Part shown: piece by piece, positions 1 to 9,740 of the stretch
Numbering within the stretch: the first letter of the stretch is position 1
Layout of the letters: every line of letters begins with the position of its first letter
Source: a virus
Lineage: Duplodnaviria; Heunggongvirae; Uroviricota; Caudoviricetes
Reading direction: 5' to 3' (one strand)
IMG/VR virus record: IMGVR_UViG_2734482547_000006
Length of the DNA: 21,751 bases
The notes under the pieces: model-generated
Told to the model about the DNA's origin: nothing
What the model saw: the letters and a program-made list of their open reading frames with translations, nothing else
Databases searched by the model: none
Position numbers and translations under genes: made by a program

Positions 1-491
1 TGATACAGCCCTGTGGCCTCCAGATTATCCAGATAGAGATTCTGACCGTGACGCCACCAGTCATCCCCGCGATGAAAATCCGACATCTCAATTCCCGCCA
101 GATGGTAAGCGTCCCGGAACAGCGTGTAACAGTCCGTCACCCCGTGCTCAAAGCGCCGCCCGGTGAGATGCGGCACACAGCGGAACTTGTGAATCGCCCC
201 GCGGCAGACCAGCCACCACGGCAAATCACTCTGCACCTGCAGCCGCCTGTCGGCTTCACTCAGCCAGGGCAGACCACCGGGATGACTGTGGACCAGCGCC
301 ACAATCTCACCCTGCATTTTGGCCTGCAGCCAGTCCTCCGGAGCCATCCGGAAATAATCCTCCGGCTCACCGGAGATATTCACGCAGGGAAAATATCTTT
401 CCCCCTCCGGCGTTCTCACCACGAAGCCGCACGACTCCGCTGGCGCACATCGTCGGGCGTGCGCCAGAATCGCTGATTCTGTCTCTGTCAT
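1..491 (-). CDS. K: Tail assembly protein K (NlpC/P60 plus MPN family), N-terminal ~163 aa; gene continues beyond the window start
   Basis: Reverse translation from ATG at 489-491 gives MTETESAILAHARRCAPAESCGFVV...HSHPGG..., matching lambda gpK as recalled. It starts 5 nt downstream of the L stop. The + strand ORF 48..476 is its antisense. Confidence 0.85.
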   Translation of the reverse strand, partial: MTETESAILAHARRCAPAESCGFVVRTPEGERYFPCVNISGEPEDYFRMAPEDWLQAKMQGEIVALVHSHPGGLPWLSEADRRLQVQSDLPWWLVCRGAIHKFRCVPHLTGRRFEHGVTDCYTLFRDAYHLAGIEMSDFHRGDDWWRHGQNLYLDNLEATGLY

Positions 492-496
492 GGGAT

Positions 497-1195
497 TTAC
501 TGCGAAAGTTTGTTAATGGAAAGGAAGCCGCCAAAGTTGCCGACGTTATTGCGGAACTTACAGCCGCTCAGGCATTTACTGCATTTATCCTTCGAGATAT
601 CAGATGTCGGCTGGTCATATTCATCAGCGACAGCTGGGCCATTATAACCGCACTCATCACCGCGATAGATCCAGGTGCAGGTGTTAGCCAGCATGATGCG
701 CCCCGGAAAAACAGCACCATCCGTTTCCGTCGGAGTAGACAGCACAAAGGCCGCGCTAGCCGCGTTCAGTTCGCTGCACTGCTCGATGCGCCAGCGGCTG
801 ATCACCTCCTGCTCCGGATCGGCTTCGCTGTTTCCGTTGACGAAGTTCACCGCATCCAGAAAACGGGCGTACACCTTACGCCGGACCACCGTTCCGCCGA
901 CCAGACTCTGCAGATCTTCCGCCATCCCGGTGACCATGCCGTGCAGGTTTGATACCTTAAGCGTGGGACGTGCGCTGCTGCCCTTACCGTTCATCTCAAA
1001 GCCGCTTCCCTGAATGGGGTACGCCTGATACTTTCGCCCCTGCCAGGTAACCGGTTCACCTTTTTCGTTCTGCTCATTGCAGAAAAAGTAACGCTCCCCA
1101 CCGACCTCTGTCAGATCAATTTCCCAGAGCACCACGCTGGCCGACTGCTCCGCACGAATGCATTCATTCAGCGTTTCCTGTTGTATGTCCTGCAT
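497..1195 (-). CDS. L: Minor tail protein L
   Basis: 232 aa, same length as lambda gpL and near-identical in sequence as recalled ([12 protein letters not shown]...FGGFLSINKLSQ). The start overlaps the M stop in an ATGA arrangement. Confidence 0.9.
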   Translation of the reverse strand: MQDIQQETLNECIRAEQSASVVLWEIDLTEVGGERYFFCNEQNEKGEPVTWQGRKYQAYPIQGSGFEMNGKGSSARPTLKVSNLHGMVTGMAEDLQSLVGGTVVRRKVYARFLDAVNFVNGNSEADPEQEVISRWRIEQCSELNAASAAFVLSTPTETDGAVFPGRIMLANTCTWIYRGDECGYNGPAVADEYDQPTSDISKDKCSKCLSGCKFRNNVGNFGGFLSINKLSQ

Positions 1196-1533
1196 CAGAT
1201 CACCACTTCGTCAAACTGACACGAAAAATCGGTATAGGTGATATGTTCTGTCGCTGACCACGTTCGACACACCACTCTGATTTTTCTGTTAATACCCGGC
1301 GGGCGCCAAAAAAAAGATTTATAGCCTTCATGCCGGGCTAAAAATTTTTCAAATGAATCACGTTCATTCGCCTCAACTTTGAAATCACAGGTGAAAACGC
1401 GCAGAGAATGATTAAGTCCATTTGGACTTCGTTGCTCATAACCATCACCAAATCTTACAGTTTTTATCGATGGTTTATTTTCTGTTTTCATTCCATCCTC
1501 TGGTAACCAGTGAAATTCTTCCGTATTAGCCAC
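1195..1533 (-). CDS. Minor tail protein M family (diverged from lambda M)
   Basis: 112 aa, sits between the tape measure and L genes. Shares the [10 protein letters not shown] motif with lambda gpM (VRFGDGYSQR) and overlaps the end of the tape measure gene. Confidence 0.75.
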
Positions 1534-4500
1534 TTAACATTCCCCCATCACGTCGCATATTTAACAGATTGCCCTGCACCCGCTGATCAACCATCCCCAT
1601 AAGTGCTTTTATTGCCTGAGGGCCAATCTCTCCATTCTGGCCGTCATTTTGAATAGTGATTTGGTATACAGGGGCATAGGTAATATCTCCGCCTCCATTA
1701 CCACTTTTACTATTAATAGCTCTGACACCAAGAGAACCATCGGAAGTTCGTGTTAATGGCATAATGGCTTCCGGTCCAGCCTCACCAAAAACACCAGCCC
1801 CTTTTGCAAAAGCAAAAAATTGCGGGGAATCATAAATACCGTTCGAATACGTGCTCAATGACGGAGACTCATAAACACCGCCCTTTGCATTCGGAATAAA
1901 TTTACTAATAGCACTCCCGATAGTTCCTAAAATCCCCCCAGAAGAACTGTTACTAATGCTGTCGAAAATCCCAGTAATTGAAGCCTTTAATGCTATTCGA
2001 CTAAGATCCGAAATCACGGAAGTAGCGAAAGAACGAAAATTTGCCTTGCCTGTCGTGACAAAATCACCCAGCGCATCGGTCATCCCATCAAACATCTGAG
2101 TCGTGGTTGATTTTATCTGCTCACTGATATCCTTAGTGTCATCCAGCCAGTTATTGAATCCCTGGGAGGCACCACTAACCCAGTCTCCTGCCTGAATATC
2201 GAGCTGCTCGTTTTTCTGTCTGACAATTTCTTTTTCCCGTTCCAGAGCATCATTCAGAGCCTGCATTTTCTCTTGAAAAACATGATCTGACATTCCACGG
2301 GATTTATCTGCATAGTCACGTTCAAGTTGCAGACGCTGATTGTTATATCCATGTTCAATCCGCAGTAATTCCTGCTGGCGTTGCTGATTTTTATCGCCAA
2401 CCCCATAACCAGCAATCTGAATATCATACCCCTGCTGACGATTATCAATCGAAGCCTGCAATGAATCACGCCATGCTGTTATTTCGGCGGATTCCTTGAT
2501 TAGCCTGTTATTTTTTTCAATCGCAACATTTTTCTCCATCAACGCGGTTATTTCTTCCCGGTGTAAGAGAAGCGATTTCTGATCCTGGGTTAATTTCGTT
2601 GATGGTCGTGACTCTAGGTCGGCAATCCGCTGACGCCACTTAACCAGTTCCTGTTCAGAGGAACTTAATTTAACGGTCAACTCAGCTTGTGAACTTAGTA
2701 ACGCATTCTGTTGATTCAGATGATCAATCATTCGTTGGGCTGCATCATCAGAATAACCTTTCGCCTTTGGTTGCTTTGGATCTTTATAACGCTCATTTAT
2801 TTGAGCGATAAGATTATTATATTCTTCCTTTGAATACTGATTCTTTAGCTTTTCCAGTTTTGCAAGTTCACTAGCTCTCTGCTGCTCCCGGGTCTGATAT
2901 TGTTTTGAAAAGGCATCTGCTCTCTGTCTGAGTTCAATTCCTTCCTGTTGTCGCTTGTTGTAATCGTTTATTGATGAATTTAGTACGTCCTGAGCAATTT
3001 TTTCTGCTTGAAGTACGCCCAATTGCTGCTTTAATCGTGCCAGCCTTTTATTTTGAGCTCCGCCATCTCCAATGCCACCTAACCCGAAAACTCCGGGTCG
3101 GGTATTTTTTTCTATTTCATCAATTTGACGGAGAACATCTGAGATTTTTTGATCAAGGGAGGCCTCACGGCCAATATCCAGCATGGAATCCCATGCCCAT
3201 TTTGCGGAGTCTGCGACAGCTTTCCATGCAGTCTCAAGATAACCAAGATTTTCTTTAATCTGGTTGGTGCGCTGGATCATTGAGGATGAGTATTCTTCTG
3301 TCGCAATGCGGGCGGCCTCCTGCTGGTTCCCTTCATCCTGTAGCGCCTTAATCTGGTTATAAGTCGCAAGTGTCAGAAAATGGTACTGATCATTAAGTTT
3401 TGATATGGCACTGACAGGATCCTTTGCAATTTCATTGAAGTCATTAACCAGTTGTTCGGTTGATATTCCTGTTACTTCGCTCGTTTTTACTATCGCTGTC
3501 GTCACTTGCTCCAGCGAACTGCTCGCTACCTTTCCCGAACGCACAAGCTGATTTAATACTGCCGCCGCAGCACCAGTTGTCGAATCAGCCGCATTCCCGG
3601 CACGTTGAGCTATATCGCCCAATTGCCCGCTGGTTGTCCCCAACTGATTTCCGGTAAGAATAAGAGATTTATTAAATTCGTCCTGCTCCTGAGAGCCTTT
3701 ATAGTAAGCCAGTCCTAAGACCCCAACGGCTGCTGCGGCCAGGGTAAAAGGATTAATTAATCCCAGCACATAAGAACCTACACCTTTGATCGCCGGGCCA
3801 ATCCCACCGAACATATCTTTTAGCTGGCCGCCCTGCTGCATTAACACCATAAATGGCGACTGACCAGTGGACAACCCAACAACAATATCCGTCATTTGTG
3901 CAGGCAACATGCGCATAGCAAAAGCCGTTTGTTTTGCCGACATTCCGGTTTTGCTTAATTGTGATTGAGTAACCTCAAGCTCACTCCGCATAGCACGAAG
4001 TTTTCCAGAAAGCTCCTCATACATTTCAGGAGAAAGCATCCCCTTAGCTTTTGCTTCATTGAGCTGTTTCTGTTGTTCTACCAGACGATTAAAAGCAGTT
4101 CCGACAGGATCAAGTTGAGCAATCAGACGTTGCAAAGCAACAACCTGTTCATCATGCGCTTTTGCTGCTTCTCGCTCTGCCTGAGCCTCTCCGGTAAGCT
4201 CTCGCCGTGTTTCCTGTATTTTTCGGCTATAATTCTCAAACTGAGAACCATTTATTTTCCCGGATGCAAACGCAGCATTAAGTTCATCATGCTGTTGTTC
4301 AAGATTTCTTAGCGCCGCAGCCAGAGGGTCGATCTTGTCCAGCATTCTTTGAAAGGCCTGAGCCTGCGCTTCCTGCTGGGCGGCAGCAAGTTTTCCGGCC
4401 TTCTCGGCTTCTCTCTGCGCTTGCGCAACCCCGCTCAATTCCTCTGTGGTTTCATTAAGTTTACGGACAAGAAATTCATATTCTTCTTTATCAATAAGCC

Positions 4501-4759
4501 CTTTATCGAAAAATTTCTTTAATTCAGAATAGCGTCGACCGACAGTATCAATTGCGGCACCAACTGGATCAATAGCTGCTTTTAATTTTGCGAGCGCGTT
4601 CTTCTCATCTTCTGTTGCCTTAGTCACTTTCCCTGCGCTATTTGCAGCAGTTTCCCCAGCCTGCGTCATTTTGACTAATGAGGAGGTCAGATTGTCAGCA
4701 TTATTTTTCGCTCCAGTGCTATCAATAATTATTGCGAGACGCGAGGTTTGCTCTGCCAT
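1526..4759 (-). CDS. Tail tape measure protein
   Basis: 1077 aa, highly alpha-helical and Q/E/A/K-rich with three tandem ~70 aa repeats near the N-terminus, a central hydrophobic segment and a Gly-rich C-terminus. Lies between the GT chaperone and M. AGGAG sits 9 nt before the ATG. Confidence 0.9.
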
Positions 4760-4775
4760 TTATTAAAACTCCTGA

Positions 4776-4803
4776 CAACAAAAAACCCACCGCGAAGTGG
4801 GTT
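4776..4803 (-). terminator. Intrinsic-terminator-like hairpin (CCCAC-TTCGCG-GTGGG plus T6) between the GT chaperone and tape measure genes
   Basis: On the minus strand a perfect 5-8 bp GC stem is followed by TTTTTTGTTG, immediately before the tape measure RBS. Confidence 0.4.
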
Positions 4804-4924
4804 TCAGGCGACATAATAGTAGATATAGCGATTACGAGGCCACGCAATGCTTTTCTCCAGGAGCATCATCGATTTAATTAAAGACACCATCACATCTCTG
4901 TAACAGAGTGTACGTAATTAACAA

Positions 4925-5245
4925 CTACACACACTGCTCCTGAAAATACTGGTCATCCAGTGCAAAGATCACTGCTTCAAATTCATCGCGCTCAATCAAT
5001 ACCGGATGAGTGGCTAAATATTCATTTATCTCTGTCAGAGATAAAGGCAAAGGCACCCCAGCCATTCCAGCATAACGTCGGGCACGGGATATTACCGAAT
5101 AGGCGTACAACAACTCCTTAAGCACCGGGTCTATTTCTGGTTCCGGTATCGGTGGCAACCTGAGTTTTTCTCGCTTCCATCTTGCCTTTTCCCCCCTTTC
5201 TCCCCCGAACTCCGATAACCACCGCTGGGCAGCTATGGCTTTTTT
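4925..5245 (-). CDS. Tail assembly chaperone GT, the -1 frame C-terminal extension (T part) made by programmed frameshifting
   Basis: ORF 4925..5158 is in the -1 frame relative to G and stays open back to the slippery site; the shifted reading gives ...KKAIAAQRWLSEFGGERGEKARWKREKLRLPPIPEPEID.... Position is the same as lambda G/GT. Confidence 0.65.
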   Translation of the reverse strand, partial: KKAIAAQRWLSEFGGERGEKARWKREKLRLPPIPEPEIDPVLKELLYAYSVISRARRYAGMAGVPLPLSLTEINEYLATHPVLIERDEFEAVIFALDDQYFQEQCV

Positions 5246-5694
5246 ATCGTATCCTGCTTCTGCTGCTCTTTACCCTGGGCGATGCTGGCTGCTTCTGCAA
5301 GGATCTGCCAGTACAACTCTGGATTCTGCTTAAGCAGCGCGATCCCTCGTTCTGCCGTATATTCCAGTGCAACCTCAACACCATTAACCAGTTCACCAAC
5401 CCCTTTCCAGTCTTTCAGCAGATAACGAGCGGCATTATCAATGAGTAAATCATCAACAGAATCCACCTCGGAAACCTTTGAAATATCAAACTCCTTCGTT
5501 CCGACGTGCAAACTGGCATCCATTTTCTCAATGTGGCGACGGATTAATGCATTACGGGAGCGATACTGATCGTTATCGCTGCTTGCCACCAACAGTTTTA
5601 ACCCGTCTACAGGTTTTAAGTCCTTCATTGGCGTAAACCAGCGTTCTCCACCAATGATAATTTTCTGATTAAGAATAAACATCCATAACCTCAT
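5233..5694 (-). CDS. Tail assembly chaperone G
   Basis: 153 aa, acidic, located between the major tail and tape measure genes and ending in a slippery site with a downstream -1 frame ORF. Confidence 0.7.
   Translation of the reverse strand: MRLWMFILNQKIIIGGERWFTPMKDLKPVDGLKLLVASSDNDQYRSRNALIRRHIEKMDASLHVGTKEFDISKVSEVDSVDDLLIDNAARYLLKDWKGVGELVNGVEVALEYTAERGIALLKQNPELYWQILAEAASIAQGKEQQKQDTIKKP
5239..5245 (-). other. -1 programmed ribosomal frameshift slippery heptamer A_AAA_AAG at the 3' end of G
   Basis: The last G codons are ACG ATA AAA AAG CCA TAG. The heptamer A AAA AAG is the dnaX-type slippery sequence and lies 2 codons before the G stop. Confidence 0.65.
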
Positions 5695-5742
5695 TCAATG
5701 CGTCCCCCTGTAGGGCAGTACCACAGGAGGAATAACGGAAAA

Positions 5743-6705
5743 TCAACTAATCGCCTCAGCACTGGCTTTTGCGATCACGGCAGCCGGGGAATTTTTTTTT
5801 CTGGTTATCGTAGGTGCTTCATCTGCTGCGGTAATGCTCAATTGAACCTGGATAATGTCGCTATTACCCCCATCAGGCCATTCACCTGACACCTGAACCT
5901 TCGGGAAACTGAAAGTGTATGCCCCCTCTCCATTCGAAAGCGTGAAGCTGAACGGAACTGTTTCTCCAGTCAGTGTTTTACTCCAGATTTCCCACGCGGC
6001 TTTAGACCATGAAAGCGTCACCGTACCGGACGGTGTAAAAGTAGTCGGAATATTTGCTCCTGCATAAGGCGAGCCAGTCCCGATACAACGCTGTGTCTGG
6101 AGTTTGTTATCGAACTGAATATCAAAACTGTCGATACAAAAACCGTTACCTCCGGCAACACCATTCAGGCTTACTGCTGAAACCTCCTTAAACGAATAAC
6201 GTAGCTTTCCTGCACTATCCACAGGTTCGCCTTTGATAAAATTCGTATCATCGGCCTTTGATTCCCAGTCCAGTCCGGCAAAGGTTACGGTCGCTGTAAT
6301 ATCGCCGTCGTTAGGGATCTGCATTTTCCATGAGCCAACCTGCGCTCCTCTGACGACAGAGGCAATTCCGACATCGGACGCATAGGTCGCCAGAGAAAAT
6401 GTTATTCGCTCATTCCCCATTGTCAGAGAATCGCCTGACCATTCCGCGCCGAAACAGGATGCAAGAAAATCATCATGTTGACCCCAGCGAAATTTGGTAC
6501 CAACATCACCGCCGACATCCACAGTGCCAGGCGTCGCCCCCTGAGCCATCCGGGAGCCACCAATCTCATTATTTTCGCCTTTATTCTGGGTGGGTTTTAC
6601 TCCCCAGCTTGTGCGTTTTAATAAACTCCAGTCACCACTTGCTGGCGTAGTGCCTGCAACCGTCTCCCGGATAAATGCCGAGATAACCTTTGCACCTGAA
6701 CTCAC
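5743..6705 (-). CDS. Major tail (tube) protein
   Basis: 320 aa, immediately upstream of the G/GT chaperone and downstream of the tail terminator, with a Gly/Thr/Ser-rich beta-type composition. Assigned by synteny. Confidence 0.7.
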   Translation of the reverse strand: MSSGAKVISAFIRETVAGTTPASGDWSLLKRTSWGVKPTQNKGENNEIGGSRMAQGATPGTVDVGGDVGTKFRWGQHDDFLASCFGAEWSGDSLTMGNERITFSLATYASDVGIASVVRGAQVGSWKMQIPNDGDITATVTFAGLDWESKADDTNFIKGEPVDSAGKLRYSFKEVSAVSLNGVAGGNGFCIDSFDIQFDNKLQTQRCIGTGSPYAGANIPTTFTPSGTVTLSWSKAAWEIWSKTLTGETVPFSFTLSNGEGAYTFSFPKVQVSGEWPDGGNSDIIQVQLSITAADEAPTITRKKNSPAAVIAKASAEAIS

Positions 6706-6731
6706 AGGAGCCTCCTATGTCATTAATTGCG

Positions 6732-7124
6732 CTAGAGCGCGCGATATGGAATTTGAAGATTAAGCTGGAACCAGCCATTCTTTTCGCCAACGGCTATTGA
6801 GGAAACAGCCTGGTAACTGAGACGATCGTCATCCTGAAACTCAAACAGTTCCCGCAATTTATCGGCTGTCTCAGTAATGAGTTTTGAACCAGAACCTGCG
6901 GGGACAAATAACTGAATAATGATTATCCCCGTGCGATAAACAACCGGCCCCGCGCCAATTTCATTAACTCCAGCCTGCCCGGGAATATTACTTAACCGCG
7001 CCCAGATTAACTTACCGGAAGGATCGAACGTTGGCCCGTTCGGATACAATACGTCTTTTCCATCAATAATCGTCTGTGCCGTCATTCTGGAAATAACCGT
7101 ATTTCTGATTTCAGTAAACTTCAT
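6732..7124 (-). CDS. Tail terminator protein (gpU-like position)
   Basis: 130 aa, directly upstream of the major tail gene. Assigned by size and synteny. Confidence 0.55.
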   Translation of the reverse strand: MKFTEIRNTVISRMTAQTIIDGKDVLYPNGPTFDPSGKLIWARLSNIPGQAGVNEIGAGPVVYRTGIIIIQLFVPAGSGSKLITETADKLRELFEFQDDDRLSYQAVSSIAVGEKNGWFQLNLQIPYRAL

Positions 7125-7501
7125 TTGTAAGCCTGTAAAACACCATGAAAAGCGTTGGCATACACGCCAGTTGGCGCTTGTTGTGAATGACCGTTTTCAA
7201 GAGCCTCTGCATAAGGAAGGTTATTCTGGATATAAATAACCCCGTAATTTGCAGCTTTCGAAATAACCCCGATCCCACGCTGAACAGCAATCGTACCGTT
7301 CGGATCCACGTTATCAGATATACCAAAATCGGGATGCTGTAACGACACCAGGTTGTTATTTCTGAAACGTCCGGTATCAACCGGAGCAGCAATATCAATA
7401 GCAGTAAGAATCTGCATAGCGATGTAGCGAATCTTCAGCCCTACATCTTCCTCAATCATCCCGGCAAATATTGACGGTTCTATATCCCATGCCTTTGCCA
7501 T
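7121..7501 (-). CDS. Tail completion / HK97 gp10-like head-tail joining protein (gpZ-like position)
   Basis: 126 aa, 4-nt overlap with the downstream gene. Assigned by synteny. Confidence 0.5.
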   Translation of the reverse strand: MAKAWDIEPSIFAGMIEEDVGLKIRYIAMQILTAIDIAAPVDTGRFRNNNLVSLQHPDFGISDNVDPNGTIAVQRGIGVISKAANYGVIYIQNNLPYAEALENGHSQQAPTGVYANAFHGVLQAYK

Positions 7502-7885
7502 TTACGCTCTCCTTAACTGGATAGAGTAAACTGATGCGGAAGGATCTACACTTGCTGTAATTACCTCGTATCGTTGTAACTGCCTTGATACAGGATCATA
7601 AATCTCAATAATATGGTCGACAGCTGGTTTATCCGTAACCTCGCATACCAGAGCGGTTAATTTAAGGTCACCATGCAAAATATTAATCCCATCAATTCTG
7701 CCCAGCTTATAACGTGTCAACACGCCTCGCCCGGTATAGATTGCGGTGGATTCGCCGCCAGTTTCCGTCACAGGATCCCAGTGCCGGTGCGTAACGTAAG
7801 AACCAGAAAAATCACTCACGGCGTCCGCTAAATCCTCATCAAAAGCAGCGGCAACCTCTGACTGAATCTCTTCACGAAGCCCCAT
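7502..7885 (-). CDS. Head-tail connector / head closure protein
   Basis: 127 aa, tightly packed with its neighbours, between the capsid and tail genes. Confidence 0.5.
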   Translation of the reverse strand: MGLREEIQSEVAAAFDEDLADAVSDFSGSYVTHRHWDPVTETGGESTAIYTGRGVLTRYKLGRIDGINILHGDLKLTALVCEVTDKPAVDHIIEIYDPVSRQLQRYEVITASVDPSASVYSIQLRRA

Positions 7886-8280
7886 TATCCCCCCCTCACA
7901 ACCCTGACTTGTGAGCGACTAAGTCCGTACGGTTTCAGCAGTGCTATCGCAAGCTGTAAATCGGGTTCAAGCAATGCAGTGCTGTTTGCTGGCAACTCAG
8001 AAAATGATTTCGATACACTGACCCCGTCAGCCGACACGGCTTTACTGATAACAACGCCAGAATCATTTTTCTGCTGAAACAACTTACCGAATGAGGCAAT
8101 TCTGGCTGCATATGCTCCCGCAAGTTTTACCTCTTCCGGAATACGGGATGGGTTAATTTTCAGGTTGAAGCCATTAAGCCAGGCATTAGCCATTAAAACA
8201 GCTTTATTTTTAGCGTTCTCACTCGTCCAGGCGTTCCCAAACGCATTATCAACGTCATCACAGGTCACGTAAGTGATCAT
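7885..8280 (-). CDS. Head-tail adaptor (DnaT-like domain phage protein)
   Basis: 131 aa, first gene of the head-tail joining block downstream of the capsid gene. Confidence 0.5.
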   Translation of the reverse strand: MITYVTCDDVDNAFGNAWTSENAKNKAVLMANAWLNGFNLKINPSRIPEEVKLAGAYAARIASFGKLFQQKNDSGVVISKAVSADGVSVSKSFSELPANSTALLEPDLQLAIALLKPYGLSRSQVRVVRGG

Positions 8281-8283
8281 GTG

Positions 8284-8460
8284 TTACTCCTGAGTTTTCC
8301 AGCCCATAGCCTTCCAGTTGTCAACTTCATCAGGATGAACATTAGCGATAGTTGGTGCGCCGGGAAACATCTGATAATCGGTCACCATAACCACTAACTC
8401 AATTTGCGTTTTTTGTGCGGCTTCACGCTGTGCTCTTTGCTCTTTAGTTAATCCGGCCAT
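8284..8460 (-). CDS. Small hypothetical protein (58 aa) between capsid and head-tail adaptor
   Basis: Not in the ORF track. Read by hand: ATG at 8458-8460, translation MAGLTKEQRAQREAAQKTQIELVVMVTDYQMFPGAPTIANVHPDEVDNWKAMGWKTQE, stop at 8284-8286 just before the next gene start. The G-rich RBS is only ~3 nt from the ATG. Confidence 0.35.
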   Translation of the reverse strand: MAGLTKEQRAQREAAQKTQIELVVMVTDYQMFPGAPTIANVHPDEVDNWKAMGWKTQE

Positions 8461-8471
8461 ATGCCCCCCAT

Positions 8472-8492
8472 TAAAAATGGGGCCGAAGCCCC
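8472..8492 (-). terminator. Intrinsic-terminator-like hairpin (GGGGC-UUCG-GCCCC plus T-run) just downstream of the major capsid gene
   Basis: On the minus strand GGGGCTTCGGCCCC is followed by ATTTTTAATGG; the loop is a UUCG tetraloop. Position fits a partial terminator that raises capsid mRNA dosage. Confidence 0.45.
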
Positions 8493-8502
8493 GTTTGAAT
8501 GT

Positions 8503-9644
8503 TTAACCAAGAATCAGACAACCATGTGCCGGCTTCACTGATGAAACACCCCATGCCAGTCCAACTTCATAGCGCACCTGGCGATACTGACGATACAGTG
8601 CAATCTGGAACGTAATCCCTGAAATCGGGTCCGTAACATTCATTACATCATCAGCATTATCGCCACCTTCCGGCATTGCCGGAGTACGGGATGCCAGCAG
8701 AAACGCGTTGCGATCAAACGCCATATTTGCAGTAAAGGCCCCAACAACTGTGATGGCAGTATCATCGGCCAGATCCTGACGCAGTCCGGGCGCTGCAAGA
8801 GTAATCAGATTGCTGGTCGCTGCTGCCACAACATACTGATTCGGATCACCAGCGAACGTAACAATCTGACCTGCAGAAATACTCCCCGAACCAGTATCAA
8901 TGGAAATAAGAACATCGCCTTCTTTTTTCTCTCCATTCACGAGATAACCAGTTGCAGCAACCTTTGGCGCTCGTTTCACACCTGCCGAACTGTGAATATT
9001 GAATCCCTCCAGACGCCCCAACACGCCCTCACGCAGTAGCTGTTCAGTGCCGGATTCATTCACTTTAAACAATACAGACTGTTTTCCGCGCAAATTAGCA
9101 ATGGCAGTGGAGCCAAGCACCATCTGCAGATCGGTTGTCGGTGCGCCGTTATCCTCCAGAACCTGACGAGCCAGAGCAGCATCAGAAAGATCATCTTTAA
9201 CACCAAACGGCGTTGTCCCTGCGGTTCCCACGGCGCGGGAAGCACCGAAATACAACGCACCAAGATCAGCCTCAACCTCGTTTGCAAGGGCGCGAAAAGC
9301 CTGCTTGAACTGATCAGCCAGAATGGTGTTGTAAGTCCCTGAAGGGCCAAGAGCCAGTTGTTCTTCACCATTCCATTTAACCGGTGCCATTTTGGATTTA
9401 GTAATTTTTACATCAACAGTGCCAATATTCTGATCACCGGTATTCGGAGCTGACGGCCCCGGTACGATATCTTCGGTTTTCGCCTCAGGCGCAACTGGCG
9501 CGGTTACCGTCTGATCTTTTGCTGCGGCGTCAGCTTTTGCGTTTTTTGCTACCGCAGGGATAAAACCTACCTGCTCACGGGATACAACATCCAGGGCGGT
9601 ATAAATAGTCGGGATCAACCCGGTCAGGGTATTTCCAGCCATAA
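8503..9644 (-). CDS. Major capsid (coat) protein
   Basis: Track ORF is 410 aa, but the likely true start is the internal Met (MAGNTLTGLIPTIY...), which is preceded by AAGGAATATTTAATT-ATG; this gives 380 aa. Follows the scaffold gene and is followed by a hairpin terminator. Confidence 0.8.
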
Positions 9645-9740
9645 TTAAATATTCCTTAAAAATTTGCGTAATTGTGAATAGATGGAGTAATGAGCTATCC
9701 AGCCCTGACACCAGCTCCCATCCGGAAGCTGACAAATGTG

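Noticed and set aside
48-476. Plus-strand ORF of 142 aa at the window start
   Set aside because: It is antisense to the K gene, whose minus-strand translation matches lambda gpK; no RBS or homolog supports it.
4804-4924. 120-bp apparently non-coding gap between the GT stop and the tape measure gene, including a possible 21-codon ORF
   Set aside because: The ORF is too short and lacks an RBS. The gap is better explained by the hairpin/T-run element and the tape measure translation initiation region.
8503-9735. Long N-terminal extension of the major capsid ORF (track start at 9735)
   Set aside because: The first 30 codons have no RBS and run into the scaffold gene region; an internal ATG at 9642-9644 has a good RBS and gives a typical capsid N-terminus.
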